DNA of 63,489 nucleotides, the filler included, from Octopus bimaculoides (Eukaryota): the NCBI RefSeq assembly GCF_001194135.2. It is 7 parts of 7 records of this genome, joined end to end, with 100 filler letters (N's around TTAATTAATTAA, not from the genome) between each part and the next. Parts side by side here need not be neighbours in the genome. Positions count along the whole stretch, not along the records: positions 14,349 to 30,915 come from NC_068983.1; positions 31,016 to 39,748 come from NC_068994.1; 5 more parts are not named here. The stretch is one strand, 5' to 3'. Below, in pieces: positions 25,300 to 37,360 of this stretch. The position numbers were made by a program, and so were the translations under genes. The notes beneath the pieces are model-generated. The model did no database searches and had not been told where the DNA came from. It was given only the letters and a program-made list of their open reading frames with translations. Positions within the stretch are counted from its first letter, which is position 1. Each line of letters starts with the position of its first letter.

Positions 25300-27880
25300 A
25301 AGTGACACTGTAATTGTGGGTGGTTAATGGTTGTTATGTATAAATAGCTTCTAGTGGTCGGTCGGTTGGGTCAATTGGATGAGAGTTTGAGCAGGAAGCT
25401 GTTTTTCAAGTGGCCTGTGGACAGTTTTAGTAAAGTGCGGAAAGAAGCAACGTTGTTGACTTTTGTTTTCATATTTTATTTATTTTAAGTTGTATGTATG
25501 TATGTGTGTAAAAGGACACGGATGCCCAAGTCAACAGGATAAGTAGCCAACAGGTCGACAGTTCGTATCTTATCAGTAACACTTCACTGACTCTGTGGCC
25601 AGGACACTCACTTTTAAATGGCTCAGATCCCTCATCTGTAAATAGGTGTCTTGCATCGTGTAATACACAACTATAAGAAGCAACAGAATTGGGAAAGTGA
25701 CGTGTGATTCGTTGGCTTGTAGTGCTGCAAAGAAAAAAAAAAAGAAATTACCTGCGATAAACTGGCATAACGAGAGAATTTATTTTCATTTTGTAAGATA
25801 AAGTCCAGTGGACTGCGTCGAGCCGTGAGAGGACATCGTGTGCATATAAAGGTATAGGTTATATGTTCATCTGTGTCAGTGAGAATATTAATTTAATGTG
25901 TCACTATGTGTATGTACTTACATAATTGTGTCTACGTATGTAGGAAGATATAGTCTGTGTGTGCTTATGTCGAAGAATAGTAATGCCCAAACTTCTGCAA
26001 ACTTTCCAAGACGTGATGGAATGAAGGACAATGATAAATATGTGAGCTTAAGAGTTGATGTTCAGCTCAAACTCTTGCAGTTGGAAGAAAACAAACACAG
26101 AAACAGAATGTGTTGAGTTCCCTAAGGTGAAACAGTGAAAAGAAAAGATTAGTAATCATGTTATATTAAGATTAGGCTTGTAACACAACAGCGAAGAGAA
26201 CAAAGAGGGAATATTTGTATTAAGTGAGCTTAGATGGTGGGAATATGAAACCCTAGCAAGCATGGAGGAGCAGGTATCATTGTAATATAGTGGTAGAAGT
26301 AACAGGAGGGGTATACAACTCAACAGTGAGACAGACCTTGAGTTTGTTGTCGATGAATGAAAACATTCCTGAAGACATACTATCTCCTAGAATATTCGTT
26401 GCGTGATGAGTGTATCGCTCTAGATGTGAGTGCAGCACACAAGTGTACGGCACCGTTGTCTTACAGAGTCAATTGTATGAGCGTCAAAGAATGATCGTTG
26501 AGTTTGGTACACGTTTGAGTATCTGTTGAGTTAGTTCCCTTATTCTTTATTTATTTGTAATTCGTAGATTTAGACAAATGCCTGGAAACAACTGGGGATA
26601 AGCTTTACTGCGCAGACTTACTCTTGACACGCTAGATGAATGCGAACTCTGAACCTCACCTAAACACCTTAAAAATGAAGAATTCATTGGAGAATGCAGT
26701 CCTAGATAGATTATCAGAAAATATAGGAACTATATCCCACAAGACGAGTTTCTTTTTAGAAGAGCCAGGTAATACTTCATCTCTCAACATCTGTTGACTA
26801 TGAAAACATATAATTGCATAACCTTTAATTAGTCAACAGGTCACTGGGTCACCAACGAAGATCTCGTTATTGTTGATGTTTACTCCCAGATCAAACCTGA
26901 AATGATAAGAGTTCCAGTCGTGGTCATCTTGTTATTTTGTATATGAATGGCTACATTGTTAAGTACGTCTTTTAAGACGCTTGGGATCGGGTTCGGACTA
27001 GATCTTGAGATGGACAAGAATTGGAACAAGTTCATGTGAAGTTTCATTTAGAAATGTGCTGAAAGGAATCTAACTCTGAAATGTCGGACAAAAGAGACAA
27101 ACACATACATCTCTTCCATTATTTATTTCTGCCTGGCCATCGTTTCTTAAACCAATTTTCGTTTTAACCAGATTGGTGCACCTGCTCTTATATTTCTTGT
27201 TGAAAGAGATATTCTACCTATTTCACCGCTTAGAAGGTATCTCTGCTGCTAACAACATCTGCGCGGGGAACCTGGTATGTTGTGGTTCATGATGAGCAGG
27301 TATGTACTGATGATCCAGAATATACAGAGATTCCTGGACGGCGAGGAGGTGAGGTCACCGTTTGGGAGGCACGTTTTCTTGCAGTGCTTCAGTTTGGTAT
27401 TGTTATATTTGCGATACGTCGACTGTGCAATGTATGAGCAATATGAGTTGCATTACTTAGTTGATTGGCGTTTGTGTATTTTATGCGTGGCATAATTGGT
27501 GTTATGTATTTTAGAGTTAGTGTTATGTCAAGTACGTGATGTGTGGGTTGTATTACAACAACTGTGTAGAATGTGATTTTAGGTGTTTTTAGTATCGAGT
27601 GTCTACTATGTTATAGAATGCAATGTGCTATCTTATTAGGTGCTGATTGCGTCGAAAATGTGTTGTGGTAATTGTTTTTTTTATGAGATAATTTTTGAAT
27701 AGGATAAGTGTTATGTGCAGAGACTGTATTCTTTGAGACGTGCTCTAGAATTGAAGGTGTTGTAGCAATCTCATAAGAGGCGGAGAGAGAACGTATGTTC
27801 GTTTGCCCGAACATGAGAAATTATTGATTTCTCATTTGTTAAAAATTACTGCCCATATACGAATTATGAAATTCGTTGAA
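25300..27880 (-). mobile_element. Highly degenerate APE-type LINE ORF2 remnant
   Basis: MFGQTNIRSL (APE N-terminus-like) near 27810 and PLLLLLPLYYND (RT motif-like) near 26300 on the minus strand; otherwise eroded. Confidence 0.35.
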
Positions 27881-28938
27881 GAAATCTTTCACGGGGTTAC
27901 GGTTCTATGATTCGTGTATNNNNNNNNNNNNNNNNNNNNNNNNNNNNNNNNNNNNNNNNNNNNNNNNNNNNNNNNNNNNNNNNNNNNNNNNNNNNNNNNN
28001 NNNNNNNNNNNNNNNNNNNNNNNNNNNNNNNNNNNNNNNNNNNNNNNNNNNNNNNNNNNNNNNNNNNNNNNNNNNNNNNNNNNNNNNNNNNNNNNNNNNN
28101 NNNNNNNNNNNNNNNNNNNNNNNNNNNNNNNNNNNNNNNNNNNNNNNNNNNNNNNNNNNNATAGGCTAATATATATGCTATGTTCAATACTAAAATCCGA
28201 CAATATTGAATTGTCGTGAAACCTTATTAGTTAGAATGAGAAACTAGTTAATAATAAATTTAAGTCGTAAATTCTCTACGATGAAATGCTTTGTTTCTAA
28301 ATTTCTATAAATGTAAAAATATGTATATAATAAATTAATGTAGAAACTTAATTCCTTTTACTTCTCGTTTCTTTCAACTTGTTGAATTTATTTCTGTATA
28401 TTAATGAAACTGTATTTTTTTTATGTGTAACGGTCAAGAAAATATAATCTAAACCTTCAACATACATGCACGTAATGAACGCACATTCAGCGTCTTGTCA
28501 TGTATACATCATAACATTTACGCAGCCTAAACTAAACTAAGAGTTATGCTTAGTGATAAATACTTATAATTAAGTTATAACTAACGAGATTATCATTATT
28601 GTTTTCAATTAGATAAACAATAATATTTGTTATAACTTACGAATGAAAACATTGTAAATAAAGATATAGTATATCTCACACTTCAACGACCTGTTGTGAT
28701 AACAAACAACCAACATAAAAAAAACTGGTGTCCGACCTAATATACACATAAAAGTGTCTTTAGTGCCGTCTAAAGACATGGGCACACTGGGAAGTTGTCG
28801 AGGGAACTCATAGTCCTAGAGGTCCAATTCTGACCTTTGCATGTTGTGGATTGCTGCCAATAAATAAATACAATGGAGCTCAGTCCACAAGTTAGCCCAG
28901 GGGCTAATAACTTTAGCCAAAATCTAATCAAATTAGTC

Positions 28939-29268
28939 CAAGGATCTTGAAACTGAAAATAAGCAAGATGTTGGGCATGAAAGTAAAAACTAATAAGTGA
29001 AGAGTTAGATACAAAAAAAAAAAATGAATAGAAACATGTAAAACGCAATAGGGTTCCCAACAGTATACTGCTCCCAAAAGAGCTCTACTAGGCACAGCCC
29101 ACACTGTAAGCAAGGTACCCAGGGCCATCTTAACAGTATATAATACTGTTGGGAGCCCATGTATGTTTTGCATGTTTCTTCTCATATTCTTAATATATCT
29201 AATGCTCTACTTATCAGTTTTTACTTTCATACCCAACATCTTGCTTATTTCACTTTGAAGATCTTTGC
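28939..29268. repeat. Foldback inverted repeat (arms ~126 bp, loop ~77 bp); MITE-like
   Basis: Perfect 22-bp core 28954-28975 vs 29232-29253, with imperfect pairing continuing inward and outward. Confidence 0.8.
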
Positions 29269-29421
29269 AGTTGGGTAATCTCTCGACCTGACAATGTTTT
29301 CTTCATAAGAGATCGAAATGTCTATCAGCGTATAAAACCTTTGTTCAGTCCTTGATAACTATATCTGTTGTTTGATCCAAGCATGTTCTAGATAATTTTA
29401 TCAAAGTAGTTGGAATGTACC

Positions 29422-29851
29422 TATAAGAAAGTGGTTATACACCATTAGGTGTATACCCGCTTCCGTACATTAAATTCTGAAGAAACAACTGAACGCAGAT
29501 TCTGAACCATCAACACAACAATATTTATTTACAGAGGAAATAGGCAGCACTTCGCCCTTTGGTTGCTGAGACGCCGTCATTGATGTTGAGTGGTTATTTG
29601 TCTAGCTCCAAAGTTGGAAATGTTGGAAAGAGCTGTCTCCAGAGTTGGAATGTTGGAGACAGGCTGCTTGTACGTCTGAGCTCATGGCCGGCCGGCTGAG
29701 AAAGAGAATGAATAACGGCGCGAAACTTGGATCTCGAATGATCACGCATGCGCACGAGACTCTTCCCGTGTTCCTTCCGGAACTAGTCCCTGCGCATGCG
29801 TGGATAAGCTTACCGGAAATGTCTTCTGCTATTAAGGCGTCTTCTGCTACA
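29422..29851 (-). mobile_element. Solo LTR family 1, copy B (430 bp, 4-bp TSD tacc)
   Basis: tacc at 29418-29421 and 29852-29855; the minus strand reads TGTAG...CTTATA. Confidence 0.8.
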
Positions 29852-29999
29852 TACCGTTTTTGGACAATATTTAAGCTGCTTCTCCATTTTAATGTCGAAG
29901 TGTCAGTATATTATCTAGTGGACATAGATGTTAACTAAATCATATCTATGAATGTACTCAGATTTTACAGCTGTAATATGATCAATTTATTATCATTTA

Positions 30000-30500
30000 T
30001 TTATTTTTTTTATCTCAGGGTTTGTTATAACTCCTGGAGTCTTGCATGCGTAATGGATTTGCTACCTGTCGCCTACGGTATCATGCTATCCATTCTTTTC
30101 AGTTATCTAATACTTTCCTGATTATTCTGGCCGTACCAAGGAGGCAAACCTTTTGTAACAGTACTATTGGGCACTCTATTCTGATTTCCTTTATATTCCT
30201 CTTGATGCCTTCTGATACTCACAAGGACCCAACAATAATTGACACCATCTTCACCTTCTTCATTTTCGCAACCGGGCTATTTCGTACTTAGGAGGATTTT
30301 ATATCTATTTGTTTTGCCTTCCTTTTTGACTATTCGTGTCTCAAAGAGGCACGCAACATTAACTATATAGTACATATGGTGCACCTTGTCCACCAGCACT
30401 AGGTCCGGTTTGTTATGCTCTAGCACCTGTTCTGTATGGATTGGGAAATCTCAGAGGATTTTCCTAGTCTTCAACTCCACCACTCCCTGCGGTTTGTCTC
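30000..30500 (-). mobile_element. R4/Dong-like LINE restriction-like endonuclease remnant
   Basis: Minus frames: KIL*DFPIHTEQVLEHNKPDLVLVDK...IVNVAC (PD-xK motif) and VSIIVGSL...LLQKVCLLGTARIIRKVLDN. Confidence 0.75.
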
Positions 30501-31016
30501 TCTCTAGACCCCACTTTTCCTCAGTGAGATTCATCCTCACACAGAATATAACAAGGCTGGCCCCTTTCAATCACAGATACAACTCACTTTGGTCAGCTGA
30601 GTGGACTGGAGCAAGATGAACCTTCAAGTGGTTGGAAGAAAACGAAAAAAGATCCTATATAGGGGCAGGAAAATTTTTTTAGTCGTTAGGGTCACTTTAG
30701 ATGTTAATCCGGTCCTAACAGCGGCATTTGTGGGTCTCACAGACCTGGTGACCAAGCCCACCATATAAACACCGATGCGCAGGCTGTTGTTATTAAACTG
30801 AGCGTAAGTCGAAAGCAAATACACGACGGAATAGCAATTATTTCGACTTATTTTTCACTGCTTATACTAAACATATGATATTTTGCTTTACGATTGGGAA
30901 CGTTTCCCTTTCTTTNNNNNNNNNNNNNNNNNNNNNNNNNNNNNNNNNNNNNNNNNNNNTTAATTAATTAANNNNNNNNNNNNNNNNNNNNNNNNNNNNN
31001 NNNNNNNNNNNNNNNT

Positions 31017-31307
31017 TTCAAACTTTTTGACTTGTGGACCCCTTTATATTTCAGGCTTTACCTTAGGGACCCCCTTATAAACGCTTATGAAATTTATACA
31101 TAAATATTTGCTTAAAATAACATATATATTTTTACATTTATTTATTTAACAGTATTTAACAAATAGGTTTATTGTCAATTAAAAGATTTCGATTAAAAAA
31201 CATATATAAAATCAAGTTGCCCATAAAAAGTATTTGCTGTCTACGGACCCCCTGTCTTGTCCTTGCGGACCCCCTGTGGTCCGCGGACCACAGTTTGAAA
31301 ACCCCTG
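31017..31307. mobile_element. hAT/Charlie-type MITE (left end lost in gap)
   Basis: Ends ...gtggtccgcggaccacagtttgaaaacccctg; left side tttcaaactttttgacttgtggacccc resembles the matching TIR. Confidence 0.7.
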
Positions 31308-31789
31308 CTCTATAGTTGCTTCTGTTTACATCTTTACTCTTGCAGCTGTGAATAAGGGGACATAACTATGGACATACATTTAAAAAATGAATTTTTAATG
31401 AATTGAATTGAAATGAAAAAACGGATTGAAATAAAATACATGAATAAATGAAAATAAAATTAATTGAAATAAAAGTAAAGAAGCTACATTATAGCTTAAA
31501 CCGTAATAAAGGCTATAGGTGGCTACATTAAATACATCTTAGGCTGTGCTAACTGCTCCAGAAATTCCAGGATTCCCAGTCCCTTCACTCCTGCCCCTTT
31601 TAGCCATCTCTTAAGCCACGCAAGGAATATGGAGACTGCATTCTAGCTGCCCCCCACACACACATTACACACGCAGTCACAGCTGTAGGTAGTTATCTAG
31701 ACTAAATATTATATACATTTAAAACCTTAATAACCTCTATAGATAGATACATAAGATATTTAATGTATTCTGTAAATTCTTTTATTTAT

Positions 31790-33045
31790 TTCAGTCGTTT
31801 GACTGTGGCCATGCTGCAGCTCAACCGTGAAAGATTTCAGTCAAACAAATCGACCCCAGGACTTATTTTTTAAGCCTAGTACTTATTCTATTGGTCTTTA
31901 GTCAAACTGCTAGGTTATGGGGACATAAACACACCAACATCGGTTGTCAAGTAGTGATGGAGGAACAAATACAGACACACACATAGATACACGCACACAC
32001 ACACACACGACGGGCTTCTTTCAGTTTCTATCTACCAAATCCACTCACAAGGCTTTGGTCAGCCTGAGGCTATAGTAAAAGTCACTTGCCCAAGGTGTCA
32101 TGCAGTGGACTGAACCCAGAACCATGTGGTTGGGAAGTAAGCTTCTTGTCATACAGTCATATTATTTTTGTTTCAAAACTTTTTCCTAATGAATTTAAAA
32201 ATTTTCCCAGCAATGATTTAAAAAATTTTTTTACCCAAGAAAGTCGTGAGAGGAATGCCAGTGGCCATAATTTCTGTATGTTCTCCTGGACTGGTGAGAT
32301 TGATGCAGTGAATTATCAGCTTCAACCTCTGTAGATCAATGCTTGTGAGAATATGTGTATGAAAGGAATCCAAGAGGACTGAAGTCAGGGAATAAAAAAT
32401 TGGGTGGAGTGTCATGGTTGGAATCTGGTTGGTGAGACACTGTTTCGGTGGTTGATGAGGAAAGGTGGGATGTGGAAGTGTAGGTGCAGAGGGTGCATAA
32501 TAGGTATGGCTGTGTGGGTCACTTTGCAGTTAATTGGTTATTAAATATGGTGCCTGATTTTAAACATTATGTAGCCCTATGTATTTTTAGATAACACTTT
32601 GTTGTAAATATTCAGATCAGGTCTTCAGCCAACTTTTCCTTTTCTTCTGACCAGTCTTTTGTAGCTGACCAAATGAAAATGGTACAAAGAACATAGGTAC
32701 AGGAGTGGCTGTGTGGTAAGAAGCTTGCTTCTCAACCATATACTTCTGGGTTCAGTCCCACTGTGTGGCACCTTGGGCAAGTGTCTTCTAATATAGCCTT
32801 GGGTTTACGTAAGTCTCATGAGTAGTTTTGCTAGACGAAAACTAAAAAAACACTGTGTCTGTGTTTGTCCCCCACCACTGCTTGACAACTGATGTTGGTG
32901 TGTTTACATCCCTGTAACTTAGTAGCTTAGCAAAAGAAACTGATAGAAGTATCAAGCTTAAATAAATAGAAAACATAACAAGTACTGGGTTTGATTCAGT
33001 TGTCTAAAACTTCTTGGCTGTAGTCTAATGACTGAAACAAGTCAT
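31790..33045. mobile_element. SINE family B (CORE-like ccttgggcaagt domain): 31790-32160 (-) and 32703-33045 (+); further copies at 2925, 36445, 36840, 38607, 39849, 60030, 62884
   Basis: tggctgtgtggtaagaagcttgc...ggttcagtccc (tRNA head)...ggcaccttgggcaagtgtcttctactatagcc; internal (CA/TG)n. Confidence 0.8.
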
Positions 33046-33463
33046 TGTAGTGAGAAGTGAATAGGCAAGGAAAGGAAACAATATGGCAACAGAAATGATA
33101 AGAAGAAGAAATAGAGTCTGTAAGTTCATTGTTGTAGTATGGTGGTGATTGGCTCTTGTAACAGTCAAGGCACTATAGAAAAGAAATAGTATGTCTGTAA
33201 GGCTGAAGTATGTTGATGAATAAATCTTTGCCAGTCAGTTTAATGATGTTTGTTTGGATACAGTTGAAGGTGTTTATGTTGTAGCAACGACACTATAATC
33301 CTGTATCTGTGTGCTGTGTTACAATGTGGAGTTTATTTGGATGTATAAGTTAATCTACATTAACTACATTAAGATTATGCACTTAATAATGAGTTTGTTT
33401 GACATATTGTTATTATATTAAGTAAAAACTGTTTAATTATCTTTGAAATGTCTTTTGTTTCAG

Positions 33464-34064
33464 AACATTCAAGCGTAAAGCTTACAAAGTAAAAGTAAAC
33501 AAGGAAAACCTTATCAAAGATCTTGATCGTGTTTATCTGAATCAATTAGTCGATTTCCTGATTACCAAAGACAAATTATTACATTTTAAATTTGAAAATA
33601 ATCATGAGAATTACTCCAGTAAAGAAATAATTGAAATCATTTTGAAGAAAATTGAAGAAGATGACAGTTTGCAAAAAACACACACATATGACATGCTTAT
33701 AGAATTCCTTCAGAACGATTCTTTTAAAAAACACATTGTTGGTTATTTGGTAACTTCACCAGGTATAGACCCAGTGATCGAAGATTGTTTTACAGAGGCC
33801 AGAAACATCTCCCTCGATGACTATTTATTGCCAAAGATTTTGGTAACTATTTCTGGTAACTGGAACAGTGTTCTGAAAGCACTTGATATTGAAAACAAAG
33901 ACTATAGTAAGGAACTAGCTTTTAAAATGTGGTTCAATTGTAAAGGCTACAAAGACCGTGGGCTGCTGACACTCTTGGAGACACTTCACTCTCATTCAAA
34001 GGATTGTTCTGTTGATTGGAATTCAATGAAACTTCTCTTAAAAGGGGCTAAAAAAAAATCTTGA
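33464..34064 (+). CDS. Terminal coding exon of a putative death-fold protein (CARD-like + Death-domain-like, CRADD/RAIDD-type architecture)
   Basis: Stop-free frame 33447-34061 (~205 codons) in AT-rich DNA; acceptor tcttttgtttcag ends at 33463 (phase 2); stop TGA at 34062-34064; AATAAA at 34327. Protein: KVNKENLIKDLDRVYLNQLVDFLITKDKLL...EIIEIILKKIEED...YDMLIEFLQ (CARD-like pattern), then LLPKILVTISGNWNSVLKALDI...ELAFKMWFNC...LLTLLETL (DD-like W..L..L / W / LL.L pattern). That it is coding is well supported; the domain call is inference. Confidence 0.7.
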
Positions 34065-34118
34065 TGTTCGTAGCCAGATCAACGTGGCTATGCAGTTCTA
34101 AAGGTCTTTTCAGCAGTT

Positions 34119-34180
34119 TTTTTTAATCCTAAGAGGGGATATCTCCTCTAGCTGGTTAATCCCCTCTTGGGGTTAAAAAA
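34119..34180. repeat. 62-nt hairpin (21-bp stem) in the presumed 3' UTR of the CARD-DD gene
   Basis: ttttttaatcctaagagggga / tcccctcttggggttaaaaaa, with two G-U pairs on the + transcript and a 20-nt loop. Confidence 0.8.
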
Positions 34181-34658
34181 TCGCAGTAAAGTTCATTCAA
34201 ATGGAACAGCCATTTTGAAGTGTTTACAAACATTACTTACTAACACAACTACTGCATTTGTCTGTTAGAAAGGTTTTAGAGCTTTAATATTTACCATTAC
34301 CAATGCTGTGGACACAAAGTGTAGTGAATAAAGCTGCTGGTTAATGCGTTGCAGTCACGTAGAGGTTCTGAGGCCAATATCAGGCAAAGCACTAAGGTGA
34401 GCTATAATACGCCTGATGAATGTGGGAGCATGTACAGCCAAAATATAGTGAAAGCAGCAATCAAGATGACAACACTACTTTGACTCTCTCCATCCTTACA
34501 AAAAGCAAAGTTGTTTGTTTGTATGTTGACCATTCATCATCATACACTTCAACAATCCTCTCTCCTGATATACGAAATTTCTCCTCAACCATACATTTTT
34601 TGTTGTCTCCTTCGATCGTTCGTTTCCTTTCCCGGAACCTCACTGGCGAGGGGAGTGA

Positions 34659-35354
34659 TGTAGTGGATCTTGCATGCATGAAGTGGATTCGATCCACCAT
34701 AGCGAAATTTAAATTAACACTGCAACAGAACTTTTTCCACGGTAGAACAATGGTTTTTCTCTGACAACAGTTTTACATTTTCCAGATGCCTTTAGCTAGG
34801 CCCGAAATAATTTCTTCACCACTTGACCCTTTCTAGCCTCTTCTACTCCACCAAAAGCTAGAATAGAGACAACAAGACCACCAACGAAATCTATTGTTCT
34901 CAATGATATGTCTATCCTTGTGGATAGTTATAAAAACAGGAACCCCCCAAGCAAAATGGAAGTAGTCACTTGGCGACAACGGAGTGAGGCAGCTCGTGAC
35001 AACTCAGTTAGTTAGGGAACGGACTGCTATAATCATGATCACAAAGAATGCAGCTACTAAGGCAATGGTCAGTGAGAGAAATGTGAGACAACGTCCTACA
35101 ACTTTCACTAGCTCTAATTCTGTTCTCTTACAACATCATTATATCGCTATCTGTGGATTACTACTAACAATTCGTATACGCCAAACTAAGCAAAGAAACA
35201 TTCTACCACAAACTTTACTTCGCTTGCTCTCGGACGTTATAACCTGTCCGTCGAGGTTTGGTATTTATTAAAACTTTATTAAAACTCCATGCATTGTTCA
35301 TCTTTCGCATCTTACAACATGCCGTTATAACAACAACAAAACCTAACCGTTACA
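34659..35354 (+). mobile_element. LTR family 2, solo-type copy
   Basis: Starts tgtagtggatcttgcatgc and ends cctaaccgttaca; no PBS after it; no clean TSD seen. Confidence 0.7.
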
Positions 35355-37025
35355 TATATGTGTATGTATGTGAGTGTAGTGAGAGAGAGAGGGAGAGAGA
35401 GAAAGAGATGAAGGAGAGAGAGCAAGCGAGCGAGGGCGTAAACTTGTATTACTGCTCTCAGCCGGTATGAAGAAGGAATGGTAGAATGTGTTATCCAGAA
35501 CAGTCGTTGTCATGGCTACGCACGTACCTCCCTCTCTCCTCCCGCCACCCGAATGTTCCAGTCCTTGCTAGCTAAGGAAGGAAGGAAGAGGGGGAAGTGG
35601 TGGAGGAGAGAAAGAGAGATGAAGTAGAATTAGGTGATTTAAACAAACGCCTTCACTGTATGTATTTCAGACATGTCTGTCTCTCTGTCTGTCTGTCTAT
35701 CCGTTTTTCTTGGTTGAATGTAGTGGTGGTGATGGTGGTTGTGGTAGAGAGAGAGAGAGAGAGAAGAGAAAAAAAGAAATGCAGTTTTCTGAAAACAAAC
35801 ACATACAAAGGCTCTCACACACACACCCACATTCGCATGTATGTATGTATATAGTATAATGCGTATATATGTAAAACACACACATGTATATGTATGTATA
35901 TATGGCTGTGCATGTGTGTGTATGTATGTATGTATGTATGTGTACATATATATGTTTGTGTGTGTATTTATATGTGAGGAAGAGATGAATTGTGTATTCT
36001 CACAAAGAGGGCGAGAATAGAGTGATATTTATGCATAGAGAGGAGAAATGATGGATGACAGATAGACACCGTTACAGTAAGAGAGAGAGAGAGAGAAGAA
36101 AACGAAGGGATGGGGGCTATAGTTTCACAGTTTAGTCAAATATAGACATAAAGTGATTGTAAGTAGATACGTACGCCATGCCATTTTCAATATGCCGTGT
36201 GTATGTGCGTGTGACATACGCTTAGATATAATCACGTAAGAATGAAAATTTACATACTTCTGTTATGTCGGCACACACACACACGCACGTGCGTTGCGTA
36301 TGCATGCATACACTGATAAATGCATAAGAAACAGGCTGTGGTTTAATAATTAGGGTAGGCAGAACGTGTTAATAAAATAAAATTGTCAAGAAAACAGCTG
36401 TGGCAAGTAAAAATCACTTTGGTATCAAAAAGCATTTGCTTTGAATGTGGTAAGAAGCTTTCTTCCTAACCACATAGTTCCTGGTTCAGTCCCGCGGCGT
36501 GGCACCTTGGGCAAGTGTCTTCTACTATAGCCTCTGGCCGACCAAAGCCTTGTGAGNNNNNNNNNNNNNNNNNNNNNNNNNNNNNNNNNNNNNNNNNNNN
36601 NNNNNNNNNNNNNNNNNNNNNNNNNNNNNNNNAGAGAGAGAGAGAAGAAAACGAAGGGATGGGGGCTATAGTTTCACAGTTTAGTCAAATATAGACATAA
36701 AGTGATTGTAAGTAGATACGTACGCCATGCCATTTTCAATATGCCGTGTGTATGTGCGTGTGACATACGCTTAGATATAATCACGTAAGAATGAAAATTT
36801 ACATACTTCTGTTATGTCGGCACACACACACACAGACACACACGAGAGATTTCTCTAAGGCTTTGGTTGACCCGAGGCTATAGTAGAAGACACTTGCCCA
36901 GGGTGCCACGTAATGGGACTGAACTTGGAACCATGTGCTTGGTAAGCAAACTTCTTTTCACACAACCGCACCTATGCACTGACATACATACATGCATGCA
37001 TACACACACACACATACACATGTAA

Positions 37026-37360
37026 AGGCGCATGGCTCAGTAGTTAAAGTGTCGGGCTCACAATCATGAGGTAGTGAGTTCGATTCCTGGACCAGGCTGT
37101 GTGTTTTGTTCTCGAGCAAGACACTTTATTTCATGTTGCTCCAGTTCACTCAGCTGTAGAAATGAGTTGCTACGTCACCGGTGCCAAACTGTATCGGCCC
37201 CTTTGCTTTTCCCTTGGATAACAAATCAGTGGTGTGGAGACGGGAAGCTGGTATGCACGGGCGATTGCTGGTCTTCCATAAACAGCCTAGCCCGGACTTG
37301 TGCCTCGGTGGGGAATTTTCTAGGTACAATCCCACGGTCATTCATGACCGAAGGGGGTCT
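37026..37360 (+). mobile_element. tRNA-derived SINE (related head, different body)
   Basis: aggcgcatggctcagtagttaaag (A box)...gagttcgattcc (B box)...gagcaagacactttatttc. Confidence 0.7.

Noticed and set aside
31335-31400. Possible upstream exon for the CARD-DD gene (ttgcag acceptor, ATG GAC)
   Set aside because: The frame closes after 12 codons and no phase-2 donor is evident.
34405-34465. CTGATGA...GAAA hammerhead candidate
   Set aside because: No credible helix I, II or III pairing.
36078-36835. ~210-bp exact direct repeat (36078-36290 / 36633-36835)
   Set aside because: The copies flank an N gap and are essentially identical, so probably a contig-overlap artefact. The same applies to 12958/13138 and 37559/37643.
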